DNA of 64,000 nucleotides from an uncultured Clostridium sp. (GTDB taxonomy: Bacteria; Bacillota; Clostridia; TANB77; CAG-465): the NCBI GenBank assembly GCA_947361355.1, contig CANAIR010000005.1, positions 21,762-85,761 on the forward strand, read 5' to 3'. Below are positions 31,968-41,884 of this stretch, piece by piece; position 1 is the first letter of the stretch; the number at the start of each line of letters is the position of its first letter. The position numbers and the translations under genes are program-made. The notes under the pieces are model-generated. The model saw only the letters and a list, made by a program, of their open reading frames with translations. It searched no databases and was not told the DNA's origin.

Positions 31968-32792
31968 ATGAGTGAAAAAATTGTAAATATAAAGGAATTA
32001 CACGAATTTAAAGATAACCCATACCAAGTAAAAGATAATGAGGATATGAAAGATTTAATTGAAAGTATAAAAGAATACGGAGTTATAGAGCCGTTAATAG
32101 TAAGGAATAGAGAAAAAGGAGGATATGAAATAGTGAGTGGGCATAGAAGAAAATATGCGTGTGAAAAAGCAGGAAAAATCGAAATTCCTGTTTTAGTTCG
32201 TGATATGGATAAAGATATGGCAATAATTACTCTTGTAGATAGTAACCTACAAAGAAGTGATATATTACCAAGTGAAAAAGCCTTTGCTTATAAAATGAAA
32301 TTAGAGGCAGAGAAAAGTCAAAGCAAAAAAAGTTATGGACACAATGTCCACAAGTCCAGAGATAAAATTGCAGATGGAATAAGTGGTAGGCAAGTACAAA
32401 GATATGTAAGATTAACAGAACTTATAAAACCACTATTACAATTAGTTGATGAAAATAAAATGGCAATGAACCCAGCAGTAGAAATATCATATTTAAAAGA
32501 ACAGGAACAAAAGGACTTATTAGAAACAATAGAAAGCGAAGATTGCACACCCTCATATTCACAAGCAATAAGAATGAAAGAGTTAAGCAAACAAAATAAA
32601 CTAGATATGGATGCAATTTTCAATATAATGATAGAACAAAAACAAAATCAAAAGGAACAGATAAGGTTTAAAGTAGAAAAATTAAAAAGTTATTTTCCAA
32701 AGGGTTATAGTACAAAACAAATGGAAGATGTTATAGAAAAATTGTTAAAACAATATAAACAAAAATGGAAGAATAAAGATTTAGAAAGGTAG
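31968..32792 (+). CDS. ParB/RepB/Spo0J family protein
   Basis: YEIVSGHRR, DSNLQR, PSEKAFAYKMKLEA, VQRYVRLT. Confidence 0.9.
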   Translation: MSEKIVNIKELHEFKDNPYQVKDNEDMKDLIESIKEYGVIEPLIVRNREKGGYEIVSGHRRKYACEKAGKIEIPVLVRDMDKDMAIITLVDSNLQRSDILPSEKAFAYKMKLEAEKSQSKKSYGHNVHKSRDKIADGISGRQVQRYVRLTELIKPLLQLVDENKMAMNPAVEISYLKEQEQKDLLETIESEDCTPSYSQAIRMKELSKQNKLDMDAIFNIMIEQKQNQKEQIRFKVEKLKSYFPKGYSTKQMEDVIEKLLKQYKQKWKNKDLER

Positions 32793-32835
32793 AGAGAAAA
32801 CAGAAACAATGAAATGAAAAAGGCTAACAAATAAG

Positions 32836-33084
32836 TTAGTCTTTATTACTTTCTTGTTCAGCAGTATCAAATGTTGTGTCAGTAAAAAATTCGCCTAATG
32901 TAATTTCAAAACCCTCGCATATATGCAATAGTGTATCAAGTTTTAGCAGTTCTGTTTTACCACTCATAAAAGTAGATATAGTAGAGCAAGGAATACCAGT
33001 AGCTTTGCATAAATCCCATATTTTCATATCTTTTTGTTTTAAATAATATTTTATTCGTTTTCTAATTGCATTTGATAATTTCAT
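32836..33084 (-). CDS. XRE-family HTH regulator
   Basis: LCKATGIPCSTIS...LDTLLHICEGFEITLGEFF. Confidence 0.85.
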   Translation of the reverse strand: MKLSNAIRKRIKYYLKQKDMKIWDLCKATGIPCSTISTFMSGKTELLKLDTLLHICEGFEITLGEFFTDTTFDTAEQESNKD

Positions 33085-33155
33085 ATAATTTACACCCCTT
33101 TATAGTTTGTACTAAAAAATTAATAAAATTATATAAAAATACGAGTTGACACCAC

Positions 33156-33257
33156 TTTGGTAAATTGAAAAAATATAAAAAAATTTCAATTTACCAAACT
33201 ATATCGTTGAATTGAAAAAATAGTTATGATAATATTACTTCAATGTACCAAACTATA
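33156..33257. promoter_or_regulatory. Operator-like repeats in divergent promoter region
   Basis: tttggtaaattgaaa / tttcaatttaccaaa inverted repeat; ttcaat(t/g)taccaaactata repeated at 33185 and 33239. Confidence 0.55.
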
Positions 33258-33270
33258 AAAGGAGGAAATT

Positions 33271-33885
33271 ATGGAAGATTTATATGAAAATAAAATACTT
33301 GACGATTTATATGAAATAAGGGAGGGATTTATTACAAGTTATAAAAAGAAATACGGAGAACTAGAAGAAACAAAGAAAGCAGAACAGGCTGAAGATGAGT
33401 TAGTAAACTTTATGAAAAAATTTATTAAAGATGAAAACACTATGAAAGAATTATTTGAGAAAATAAATAAATTTGAAGGGTATGCATTAGATGAAATGTG
33501 TTTTTGGCATAAACCATATTATAAATTAGGATTTATAGATGGAATGAGATTAAAAAAAGAAATAAGAGGAGGAAAAATAATAGAAAACACATCAAATGAT
33601 AGTATTATCTTACAAAATATAAATGAAATATCAGATTATTTTGAAGAACAAAAATACAGAAATTTAAAAAAGAATAAAGAATACGATAAAATTAGACACA
33701 AAATTGAAGAAATAAAAAATAAGTATCCTAGAGTAAGAGAATTTTTTGAAGATGACAAAATAGAACAACTTACTAAAAAAGAAATGAAAGCAATTTTAGA
33801 TATAACAGAATTACAAAATGATAGGGCTATGTATGAGGCAGACGAAATGCTAAAAATAGGATTGCGAGAAGGAAAGGCATTGTAG
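33271..33885 (+). CDS. Hypothetical protein with two internally related halves
   Basis: AGGAGG RBS; YKLGFIDG and LKIGLREG end-motifs. Confidence 0.7.
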   Translation: MEDLYENKILDDLYEIREGFITSYKKKYGELEETKKAEQAEDELVNFMKKFIKDENTMKELFEKINKFEGYALDEMCFWHKPYYKLGFIDGMRLKKEIRGGKIIENTSNDSIILQNINEISDYFEEQKYRNLKKNKEYDKIRHKIEEIKNKYPRVREFFEDDKIEQLTKKEMKAILDITELQNDRAMYEADEMLKIGLREGKAL

Positions 33886-33886
33886 G

Positions 33887-34366
33887 GTGGAGAAAATGGA
33901 AAAAAGAGAATATAAAGTAAATGAAATATTTGAAAATCAAATTTTGAATGAAATATACGAAACAAGAGGAGATGGACTAGAATGCTTTTATATAAGAATG
34001 TATGGAGAGCCAGAAGAAATAAAGGAAACAAAAACAAGATTTTTCAAAAATAAAGAAAACAAGAAGATACAATAAAATAGCTTTTTCTACCTATACATAG
34101 ATAGTATTATGCAATTTTTAGAAGATAATAGATATAATATTTGGCAAAAAAGAAAAGATTACAAGCAAATAAAAGATAAAATGAGAGAAATAAAAAATAA
34201 ATATGCTAATGTTAGGCTATTTATTGAAGATAGAGTAGTAACAGCAAATTTAACAAAAGAAGAATTGAAAGCTGTTCTTGAATATATCAATTTAGATGAT
34301 GAGATAGAAAGAATAGAGAAAATAGAAACTTTTAAATTGGGATTAAAAGAGGGCAATTGGTTATAA
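33887..34366 (+). pseudogene. Disrupted paralog of 33271-33885
   Basis: 33887 ORF (FENQILNEIYETR) matches N-terminus; 34109 ORF (IKNKY.NVR.F.ED...KLGLKEG) matches C-terminus; middle missing and frames broken. Confidence 0.65.
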
Positions 34367-34465
34367 GAGGTAGAAATATCTCTTGTTTTTTATATGTATT
34401 GTTTTTATAATGAAAAACTGATATAATTATCCCAACAGATAGTAAGTTGTAGAGGAGATTATAAA

Positions 34466-35143
34466 TTGGATATAGAAGTAAATAATATAAAAATTCATTA
34501 TGAAGTTATTGGAAATGGCAAACCGATAATTTTACTAAATCCTAATAGTGTTAATACTGGATTGATGAAATTTATTGCGAACAAATTAAAAGATAAATAT
34601 AAAGTATATATTTTTGATAGAAGATGTTGTGGTAAAAGTGAAAAGAATTGCGATTTAACCTATGAAGAATCAGCGAAAGATGTTGCAGAATTTATAAAAA
34701 AATTAAATATTGATAAACCATATTTACTAGGATGTAGTGGTGGAGGAACTGTTGCTCTTAATGTTGCAATTCATTATCCAACAAGTATATCTAAGTTAAT
34801 TCTCTGTAGTGGAGTTGCAAGAAATAATATTATTAAAAAACCGAATTATGCAAAATTTATGGAAAGATTACCATATTATCCTGGAAAAAAGAGCAACGAA
34901 AAATTTGAAAAATTACTTAATGAATCTAAAACCATAACAAAGGAAGAATTAAATTCTATTATTGTTCCTACATTAGTTTTTAATGGTGGTATTAAAGATT
35001 TAGTTCCAAAAAATGAGGTTGAATATATTTCAAACAATATTAAAAAGTCAGAAATGTTTATATTAGAAAAAGCAGGACATTGTAATTATATTTTCAATAA
35101 TGATGACTTTTATAACAAGTTAAATAATTTTTTAGAAGAATAA
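34466..35143 (+). CDS. Alpha/beta hydrolase
   Basis: IHYEVIGNGKPIILL, GCSGGG nucleophile elbow, AGH. Confidence 0.85.
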   Translation: MDIEVNNIKIHYEVIGNGKPIILLNPNSVNTGLMKFIANKLKDKYKVYIFDRRCCGKSEKNCDLTYEESAKDVAEFIKKLNIDKPYLLGCSGGGTVALNVAIHYPTSISKLILCSGVARNNIIKKPNYAKFMERLPYYPGKKSNEKFEKLLNESKTITKEELNSIIVPTLVFNGGIKDLVPKNEVEYISNNIKKSEMFILEKAGHCNYIFNNDDFYNKLNNFLEE

Positions 35144-35174
35144 AAAATTACAATATATAGAGGAGGTACGCAAA

Positions 35175-35336
35175 TTGAAAAAAGAAAAATGGTTAATAAT
35201 TATTGGAAATATTTTATTATTTATTACTTGCATACTTCAAGTAATAGTAAAATTAAGCAGTGAAGTTTATGTTACTTTAATTACTATATCAGTTTTACTA
35301 GAATTAATTGGAATTGCATTAGGTAAAGAAGAATAA
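35175..35336 (+). CDS. Small membrane protein (53 aa)
   Basis: Missing from ORF track; GGAGG RBS, TTG start, MKKEKWLIIIGNILLF..., 2 TM. Confidence 0.65.
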   Translation: MKKEKWLIIIGNILLFITCILQVIVKLSSEVYVTLITISVLLELIGIALGKEE

Positions 35337-35360
35337 AATTACAATTTGAAAGGAATGGAA

Positions 35361-35966
35361 ATGATACTACTATTAAAATATGGAAATACAAATTGTTATT
35401 ATATAAAAGGTAAAAATGGTAGTATATTAGTAGATACAGACTGGGCAGGAACACTACAAGCCTTTTATAGAAAAATGAAAGAATTAAATATTGAAAAAAT
35501 TGATTATCTTTTAATAACACATTACCACCCAGACCACATAGGAATAGCACAAGATATAATTGATATGGGAACAAAACTATTATTAGTAGATGTTCAAAAA
35601 GATTATATTCATAGTTCAGACACAATTTTGCAAAAAGATAAAAATATTCAGTTTAAGCCTATAAATACAGAGCCTGTAATTATATCGTGTGAGCAAAGTA
35701 GAGAGTTTTTAAATGATTTAGGAATAGATGGAGAAATAATATATACACCAGGACATAGTGAAGATAGTATTTCTCTAATTTTAGATAATGGTAGTGTTTT
35801 TGTAGGAGATTTATACGATTTAAAATCTGCAATAACATTTAATGATGAAAAGATAAATAATAGTTGGAATAAAATATTAAGCCATAATATATCAAAAATA
35901 TACTATGGTCATCACGAACAAACTATTAGCAATATAAAAAAGATAGAAGATACACTAATCAATTAG
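35361..35966 (+). CDS. MBL-fold metallo-hydrolase
   Basis: THYHPDH, TPGHS, GDL, YGH. Confidence 0.9.
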   Translation: MILLLKYGNTNCYYIKGKNGSILVDTDWAGTLQAFYRKMKELNIEKIDYLLITHYHPDHIGIAQDIIDMGTKLLLVDVQKDYIHSSDTILQKDKNIQFKPINTEPVIISCEQSREFLNDLGIDGEIIYTPGHSEDSISLILDNGSVFVGDLYDLKSAITFNDEKINNSWNKILSHNISKIYYGHHEQTISNIKKIEDTLIN

Positions 35967-36050
35967 TGCTAGAAATTACAAGTTTGTAGTTTGAAAGATT
36001 TATAGTAATTTATTGCTAGAGTTGTAATAATATGAAAGGAAGAATGTAAA

Positions 36051-36845
36051 ATGAACGAATCTAATGTTAGAAATATAAATTTTCATAGTGATATACTTAA
36101 TAAAGATATGGGAATAAATGTGTATTTGCCAAAAGGATATGAAGAAAATAATAATCCACTACCAGTATTATATTTTCTTCACGGAAGAAGTGGGAATGAA
36201 AATATTATATTTGATTTGAATATGAAAGGAATAGCAGATGAAATGATAGAAAGTGGGAAAATAAAACCACTAATAATTGTTTGCCCTAGAATTGAAAATA
36301 GTAGAGGGGTAAATTCATCTTCTATAAGTAATGAAGTATTAAGTCCAGGAGATAGTGGAATTATTATAAATGTTGGAATGTATGAAGATTATTTTATAAA
36401 GGAAGTTGTACCTTTAATTGATAATATATTTAATACAATAAAGACAAAAAATGGTAGATATATTGGTGGTGTTTCAGCAGGTGGATATGCAGCACTTCAT
36501 AATTCATTTAGACATCAAGAAATGTTTGGCAAAGTTGGAGGACATATGCCTGCAATAGAACTAACTTTAGAGAAAGAAGATACTCCATATTTTAAGGATA
36601 TATCTGTGTGGGAAAAATACGATCCTATAACGATTGCTAAAAATAATGAAATTTCAAAGGAACTTAAAGTTTATCTTGATGCAGGAAATCAAGATGAAGG
36701 ACATTTTTATGAAGGATGTAAAGTTTTGCAGGATATATTAGAAAAGAAACAAGTAACATCTCAAAACCACATTTATGATGGACATCATAATGGAGCATAT
36801 ATAATATCTAATTTAGAAAAATATTTAGAATTTTATAATTCATAA
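36051..36845 (+). CDS. Esterase family alpha/beta hydrolase
   Basis: VYLPKGY, LYFLHG, GVSAGG. Confidence 0.85.
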   Translation: MNESNVRNINFHSDILNKDMGINVYLPKGYEENNNPLPVLYFLHGRSGNENIIFDLNMKGIADEMIESGKIKPLIIVCPRIENSRGVNSSSISNEVLSPGDSGIIINVGMYEDYFIKEVVPLIDNIFNTIKTKNGRYIGGVSAGGYAALHNSFRHQEMFGKVGGHMPAIELTLEKEDTPYFKDISVWEKYDPITIAKNNEISKELKVYLDAGNQDEGHFYEGCKVLQDILEKKQVTSQNHIYDGHHNGAYIISNLEKYLEFYNS

Positions 36846-36872
36846 ATTACAAGTTGAAAGTTAGGTGTATTT

Positions 36873-37322
36873 ATGGAATATGACAAATTAGAATTTGAAA
36901 CAACTTTTAAGAATGGGGATATGATTCCAGTAGAATATACTGGGTATGGAAAAAATATATCTCCAGAATTTAGAATTAAAAATTTATCAGATAAAGCAAA
37001 AAGTTTAGTAATAATTTTAGAAGATTTAAGTCATCCGATAAAGAACTTTACTCATTGGATTGCGTGGAATATAAAGGCAAATTCTGTAATTCCAGAAAAT
37101 GTTGGAAATATGGATAATGTTATGCAAGGAATTGCCTATGGATTTCATAAATATGCAGGAGCAAAACCACCAATGTTTCAAAAACACAATTATAAATATA
37201 CAATATATTCATTAGATAACACTTTAGAATTGTCATCTAATATTATGAAAAAGAAACTTTTGAAAGCAATGAATGGGCATATTTTACAAAAGGGAACTAT
37301 TATAGGTTATTTTAAAAGATAA
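36873..37322 (+). CDS. YbhB/YbcL (PEBP) family protein
   Basis: G.NISP, FTHWIAWNI, Y.G.KPP, H.Y.YTIYSLD. Confidence 0.9.
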   Translation: MEYDKLEFETTFKNGDMIPVEYTGYGKNISPEFRIKNLSDKAKSLVIILEDLSHPIKNFTHWIAWNIKANSVIPENVGNMDNVMQGIAYGFHKYAGAKPPMFQKHNYKYTIYSLDNTLELSSNIMKKKLLKAMNGHILQKGTIIGYFKR

Positions 37323-37435
37323 ATTACAATATATAGGGCAGGTAATTGAATTTATCTGTCTTTTATTATATAATCGTAGCAGAAGATAGTAAATTTATCG
37401 TTAAGATTAAAATTTATTGTGGGGAGATGTATCGT

Positions 37436-38287
37436 ATGAAAAAGAAAATAGGTATTAGTATAGGAATATTGGTAATTGTACTTATAGTTGCAGGGATTAT
37501 TACAAATTATTCAGATAGTGCTAGAGTAACAACAGGACACGAGCCAAAGTGTTGCATAAAGGTAGTTAGCAATGATGGAAGTAAAGTAACTTATTGGGGA
37601 TTAGGTTATAAAGTAGTTCGTTATGTTGGAGTATCTCCAAACGAGCCTTATGAAAGCAATATTGGTGTAAAAATGGGAAATTGGTTTATGAAATATGAAT
37701 TACCAAAAGCTGATATTATTGAAATTGAATATGAAGGACAAATAATTACTATTACAGATATAAAAGATATAGGAATTATAGAAAATATATTATTAAATTC
37801 AAAATATAATGGAGAAATATGCAATGGAATAAATACTCACAAAATAATATTAAATAAGGATATTTATTATATTAAAGAATCTTGCAAAGAAATACAAAAA
37901 GGAGATAAACAAGCGACAATTTCAACAGAAGATTTAGAAACAATCAATAATATTATTTTTCAAAATAAAACTAATGAAATAAAAAGTATAGCAGAAAGCT
38001 ATACTTTTACAAAAACATATAATGTAGTAAATGTAGCTGACAGTAATGATGAAAATTACTTATACTTAACAATTAGGCAATTTCAAGATGAAAAAGTAAA
38101 AACGGTCAAAGTACAAAGAAGTTTAGCAAATACTGTTGAAAAAGAAAATAATTATGAGTTTACTTTTCAATATACAAATAATATCCCTGAAGATAACATA
38201 GAATCAATATTTGCAAATACTATGCTTATTGCAATAAAGAAAACAGATAAACAAGGATTAGAGCAAGTTCAAGATTCAATTAGATAA
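37436..38287 (+). CDS. Membrane-anchored hypothetical protein
   Basis: N-terminal TM, DGSKVTYWGLGYKV; apparently multi-domain. Confidence 0.7.
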   Translation: MKKKIGISIGILVIVLIVAGIITNYSDSARVTTGHEPKCCIKVVSNDGSKVTYWGLGYKVVRYVGVSPNEPYESNIGVKMGNWFMKYELPKADIIEIEYEGQIITITDIKDIGIIENILLNSKYNGEICNGINTHKIILNKDIYYIKESCKEIQKGDKQATISTEDLETINNIIFQNKTNEIKSIAESYTFTKTYNVVNVADSNDENYLYLTIRQFQDEKVKTVKVQRSLANTVEKENNYEFTFQYTNNIPEDNIESIFANTMLIAIKKTDKQGLEQVQDSIR

Positions 38288-38329
38288 TCATCTCGAAAAA
38301 TTACAATATATAAAGGAGGAAAAATAATA

Positions 38330-38473
38330 ATGGATAAGAAAAAAATGATGAACTGGATAATAGCAATAATAGTTGCTATCGTGTATTTAACAGTAAGTAT
38401 TATATTTAAGTCTTGGGCATATTCTTGGCTTATATGGGTTGCGTACGCAACTTATAGATTTATTGTTAAATAA
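38330..38473 (+). CDS. Small membrane protein (47 aa)
   Basis: Missing from ORF track; AAGGAGG RBS; MDKKKMMNWIIAIIVAIVYL...WAYSWLIW. Confidence 0.7.
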   Translation: MDKKKMMNWIIAIIVAIVYLTVSIIFKSWAYSWLIWVAYATYRFIVK

Positions 38474-38504
38474 CTAAATTACAATTTGAAAGTGAGATGA
38501 AGTA

Positions 38505-38981
38505 ATGAATATTCACTTTGGATTTTCATATATAGGGTTCATATTTTTGTTAATGCTAATGATACCTAATATTATATGGAGTAAAAATCAACCTAAAGAC
38601 TATGATAAATATGTTAAAAATGAGAATAAAGTATTATTATTATTTGAAAGAATTGGAGAAATGCTAGTAACTTGTATATCATTGATATTTATTGATTTCA
38701 ATATAAATAAAATTTCAAATTGGTCTATTATCTTGTTAATTGCATTTATTCTAATGATTTTATATGAAATATATTGGATAAGATATTTCAAAAGTAATAG
38801 AACAATGAAAGATATGTATAGTAGTTTATTAGGAATACCTGTTGCAGGAGCAACTTTGCCAATATTTGCATTTCTGTTATTAGGTATATATGGTAAAAAT
38901 GTATTTTTAATTATTGCAACAATTATATTAGGAATTGGACATATTGGAATACACTTAAATCATAGAAAAGAAGTTAGATAA
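38505..38981 (+). CDS. Hypothetical membrane protein
   Basis: LMIPNIIW, YWIRYF, IGHIGIH; multi-TM. Confidence 0.75.
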   Translation: MNIHFGFSYIGFIFLLMLMIPNIIWSKNQPKDYDKYVKNENKVLLLFERIGEMLVTCISLIFIDFNINKISNWSIILLIAFILMILYEIYWIRYFKSNRTMKDMYSSLLGIPVAGATLPIFAFLLLGIYGKNVFLIIATIILGIGHIGIHLNHRKEVR

Positions 38982-39009
38982 ATTATAAGTTTTTAAGGAG
39001 AACAAAAAT

Positions 39010-39516
39010 ATGGATATATCAATTAGAAAATGGAAAATAGAAGATGCAGAAGAATTAAAAAATGCAATAAACAATGAAAAAATTTTAGATAATTTACGAG
39101 ATGGAATACCATATCCATATACAATAGAAAATGCACAAGAATTTATCACACAAACTTTAAATGCTCCTAAAGATAGTCAATATTCTTGGGCGATACTAGT
39201 AGATAATAAAGTGATTGGAAGTGTTGGTGTATTTAGAAAAGATAATATTCATTATCAAACAGCAGAAATCGGCTATTATATAGCCGAAGAATATTGGGGA
39301 AATGGTATTATGACAAAAGTTATAACAGAAGTATGTAATTATATATTTAATGAAACTGATATAATTAGAATATTTGCAGAGCCATTTGCTTATAATGTAG
39401 CTTCCTGTAAAGTTTTGGAAAAAGCAGGGTTTGAATTAGAAGGCATATTAAGAAATAATGCAATTAAGAATAATAAAATATTAGATATGAAAATGTATTC
39501 TATTATTAAAAAGTAA
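39010..39516 (+). CDS. GNAT N-acetyltransferase (RimJ/RimL-like)
   Basis: AEIGYY, YWGNGIMT, N.AS.KVLEKAGF..EG. Confidence 0.9.
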   Translation: MDISIRKWKIEDAEELKNAINNEKILDNLRDGIPYPYTIENAQEFITQTLNAPKDSQYSWAILVDNKVIGSVGVFRKDNIHYQTAEIGYYIAEEYWGNGIMTKVITEVCNYIFNETDIIRIFAEPFAYNVASCKVLEKAGFELEGILRNNAIKNNKILDMKMYSIIKK

Positions 39517-39547
39517 ACGCAAAATTACAATTTTTTAAAATAATTAC

Positions 39548-39578
39548 TTGACTATGCCATTACAGGTTAGCTTACAAT
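39548..39578 (+). promoter_or_regulatory. MerR-type promoter with 19-bp spacer
   Basis: TTGACT-19 bp-TACAAT directly upstream of the MerR gene. Confidence 0.6.
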
Positions 39579-39588
39579 TATAACAGAG

Positions 39589-40470
39589 GTGGTTATAATG
39601 TTAATAAATGAAGTTGCAAAATTGTGTAATTTAACTAAAAAAGCAGTTGAATATTATACAGAACAAAAACTAATATGTCCTAGTATCCTAGAAAATGGAT
39701 ATAGAGATTTTTCAAAGAAAGATGTAGAAATTTTAAAGCAAATTGCTTTATATAGAAGATTAGGATTAAGTATATCTGAAATTAAAAGTATTCTTGCTAA
39801 TCCAGATGAATTAAAAAGTATTTTATATAAGAAAACTCTTGAATTAGAGCAAGAAAAAGCAAAACAGGATATTTTACAAAAGTTATGCAATGGAGAAAGT
39901 TTAGAAAAATTAGAACAAGAAATAAATAATATAAATTCTAAAACAATTATCATTAAAAAGTTGATGGATTTATTTCCTAGTTATTATGGAAAATTTATAA
40001 GTTTGAATTTTTCTAGGTATCTTACAGGAAGAATTGAAACAAAGGAACAATTGGAAGCATTTAAAGAAATTATTGATTTTTTTGATAATGTACCTAATAT
40101 TAAAATACCAAAAGACTTACAAGAATATTTAGATGAGTATTTAGAAGAATATTCAAGTGAAAAAGGTCAAAAAATAATAAATAGTATTATTCAATCAAAG
40201 GATAAAAATATAAGAAATATAGATGAGTTTGTAAGAAAAAATAAGGAATCACTAGACAAATATAATGAATATAAGAAAACAGAAGAATTTAAAAATTCAC
40301 CTGCTAATAGATTAATGGAACTAATGAAACAAGTTTGTGCTACAAATGGATATTATGAAAAGTTTATACCTGCAATGAGAAAGTTAAGTCCATTATATAA
40401 TGAATATTATGAGGAAATGTTAAAAGCAAATGAACAATTTATTAAAAATTATCCTGAATATACAGAATAA
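39589..40470 (+). CDS. MerR family transcriptional regulator
   Basis: INEVAK...KKAVEYY...ENGYRDF...RRLGLSISEI. Confidence 0.9.
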   Translation: MVIMLINEVAKLCNLTKKAVEYYTEQKLICPSILENGYRDFSKKDVEILKQIALYRRLGLSISEIKSILANPDELKSILYKKTLELEQEKAKQDILQKLCNGESLEKLEQEINNINSKTIIIKKLMDLFPSYYGKFISLNFSRYLTGRIETKEQLEAFKEIIDFFDNVPNIKIPKDLQEYLDEYLEEYSSEKGQKIINSIIQSKDKNIRNIDEFVRKNKESLDKYNEYKKTEEFKNSPANRLMELMKQVCATNGYYEKFIPAMRKLSPLYNEYYEEMLKANEQFIKNYPEYTE

Positions 40471-40509
40471 TATCTATTAAACAAATTACAATTTTGTAAG
40501 GAGGTATCT

Positions 40510-41358
40510 ATGAAAAAGAAAGCTATAATTACAATTTCGGTTATGATTGCAATATTAGTTTTATGTGGAATATATTTACATTATGAAAACACCAAATTAC
40601 AAGTAAGTAATTATAATATAATCAATCATAATATACCTGTTGATTTTAATAACTATAAAATAGTGCAAATATCAGACTTTCACAATAATAAATCTAATGC
40701 TTTAACTAATGATTTAATAAAAGAAATAGAAAAACAAAAACCGAACATTATTGTTTTGACAGGAGATTTAATTGATTCAAATAAAATAGATATAGAAGTT
40801 GCTACAGATTTTATTAAAAATATAAACAATATTGCACCTATTTACTTTATTTCTGGCAATCATGAATCCAATATTAGTAGTTATCCAGAACTTAAAGAAC
40901 AACTAGAAAAAAATAGGGTTATTGTTTTAGATAATAAAACTGAAGTGTTAAAAATAAATGAATCAAAGATAAACTTAATAGGTATAGATGATCCACGAAT
41001 GGCTCACGAAAATTTTGTATCAGATTCTGAAATAATAAAAGTTGAGTTAGATAATGCAAAATACAATGAAAATAAATATAGTATATTGCTATCTCACAGA
41101 CCAGAATTGTTTGATACTTATGCAGAAAAGGAATTAGACTTAATTTTAGTAGGACATGCACATGGAGGGCAAATAAGAATACCATTTATAGGTGGAATTG
41201 TTGCTCCAAATCAAGGATTTTTTCCTAAATATACAAGTGGAATATTTGAAGAAAATAAAACAACAATGGTAGTAAGTAGGGGGATTGGGAATAGTATTTT
41301 GCCTTTTAGAATAAATAATAGACCAGAATTAGTAATTGTAACATTAAATAATAAGTAA
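40510..41358 (+). CDS. Metallophosphoesterase (YkuE-like)
   Basis: SDFH, GDLID, GNHE, SHRP, GHAHGGQ, SRGIG. Confidence 0.9.
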   Translation: MKKKAIITISVMIAILVLCGIYLHYENTKLQVSNYNIINHNIPVDFNNYKIVQISDFHNNKSNALTNDLIKEIEKQKPNIIVLTGDLIDSNKIDIEVATDFIKNINNIAPIYFISGNHESNISSYPELKEQLEKNRVIVLDNKTEVLKINESKINLIGIDDPRMAHENFVSDSEIIKVELDNAKYNENKYSILLSHRPELFDTYAEKELDLILVGHAHGGQIRIPFIGGIVAPNQGFFPKYTSGIFEENKTTMVVSRGIGNSILPFRINNRPELVIVTLNNK

Positions 41359-41509
41359 CACAAAATTACAATCTATTGATAGATTTCCAAAAATGTTAGG
41401 TTTAAGTGTCAATATTCCAGTATGAAATGGTAGAAATAAGTGCGATAAAATTCTACAATAATAATAGATATTGGTTAATATCAAATTATGTAGAAAGGAA
41501 GATGTAACA

Positions 41510-41884
41510 ATGAAATTTAACGAAAAACTAATTAAGTTAAGGAAGGCAGCAGGGTTATCTCAAGAAGAACTAGGAAACAGACTAGATGTAGCAAGGCAAA
41601 CTGTTTCAAAGTGGGAACTCGGAGAAACAACACCAGAAATGGATAAATTAGTAGAATTATCTAATTTATTCAATGTTAGTATGGATGAAATGGCAAAGGA
41701 AACAGAAATACCAGAAGTAATTGCAAGAGAATTAGACCATAAAAAAATTGATTCAGTTTATAATGATGTTGGAACAGCAAAAAAAATCATAAAACATTAT
41801 ATAATAATTTTCGGAACAATAGCAATTATAATAGCAATAATACTGATAAATTACTTTGTTAGAACAGCCTTTCATTTATGGTAA
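41510..41884 (+). CDS. XRE-family HTH regulator with C-terminal TM
   Basis: LSQEELG..LDVARQTVSKWELGETTP. Confidence 0.9.
   Translation: MKFNEKLIKLRKAAGLSQEELGNRLDVARQTVSKWELGETTPEMDKLVELSNLFNVSMDEMAKETEIPEVIARELDHKKIDSVYNDVGTAKKIIKHYIIIFGTIAIIIAIILINYFVRTAFHLW

Noticed and set aside
40594..40602. Extra AAATTACAA inside the phosphoesterase gene (also in uvrA near 23060 and at about 59699)
   Set aside because: Within coding sequence (K-L-Q codons); occasional chance copies are expected in DNA this AT-rich.
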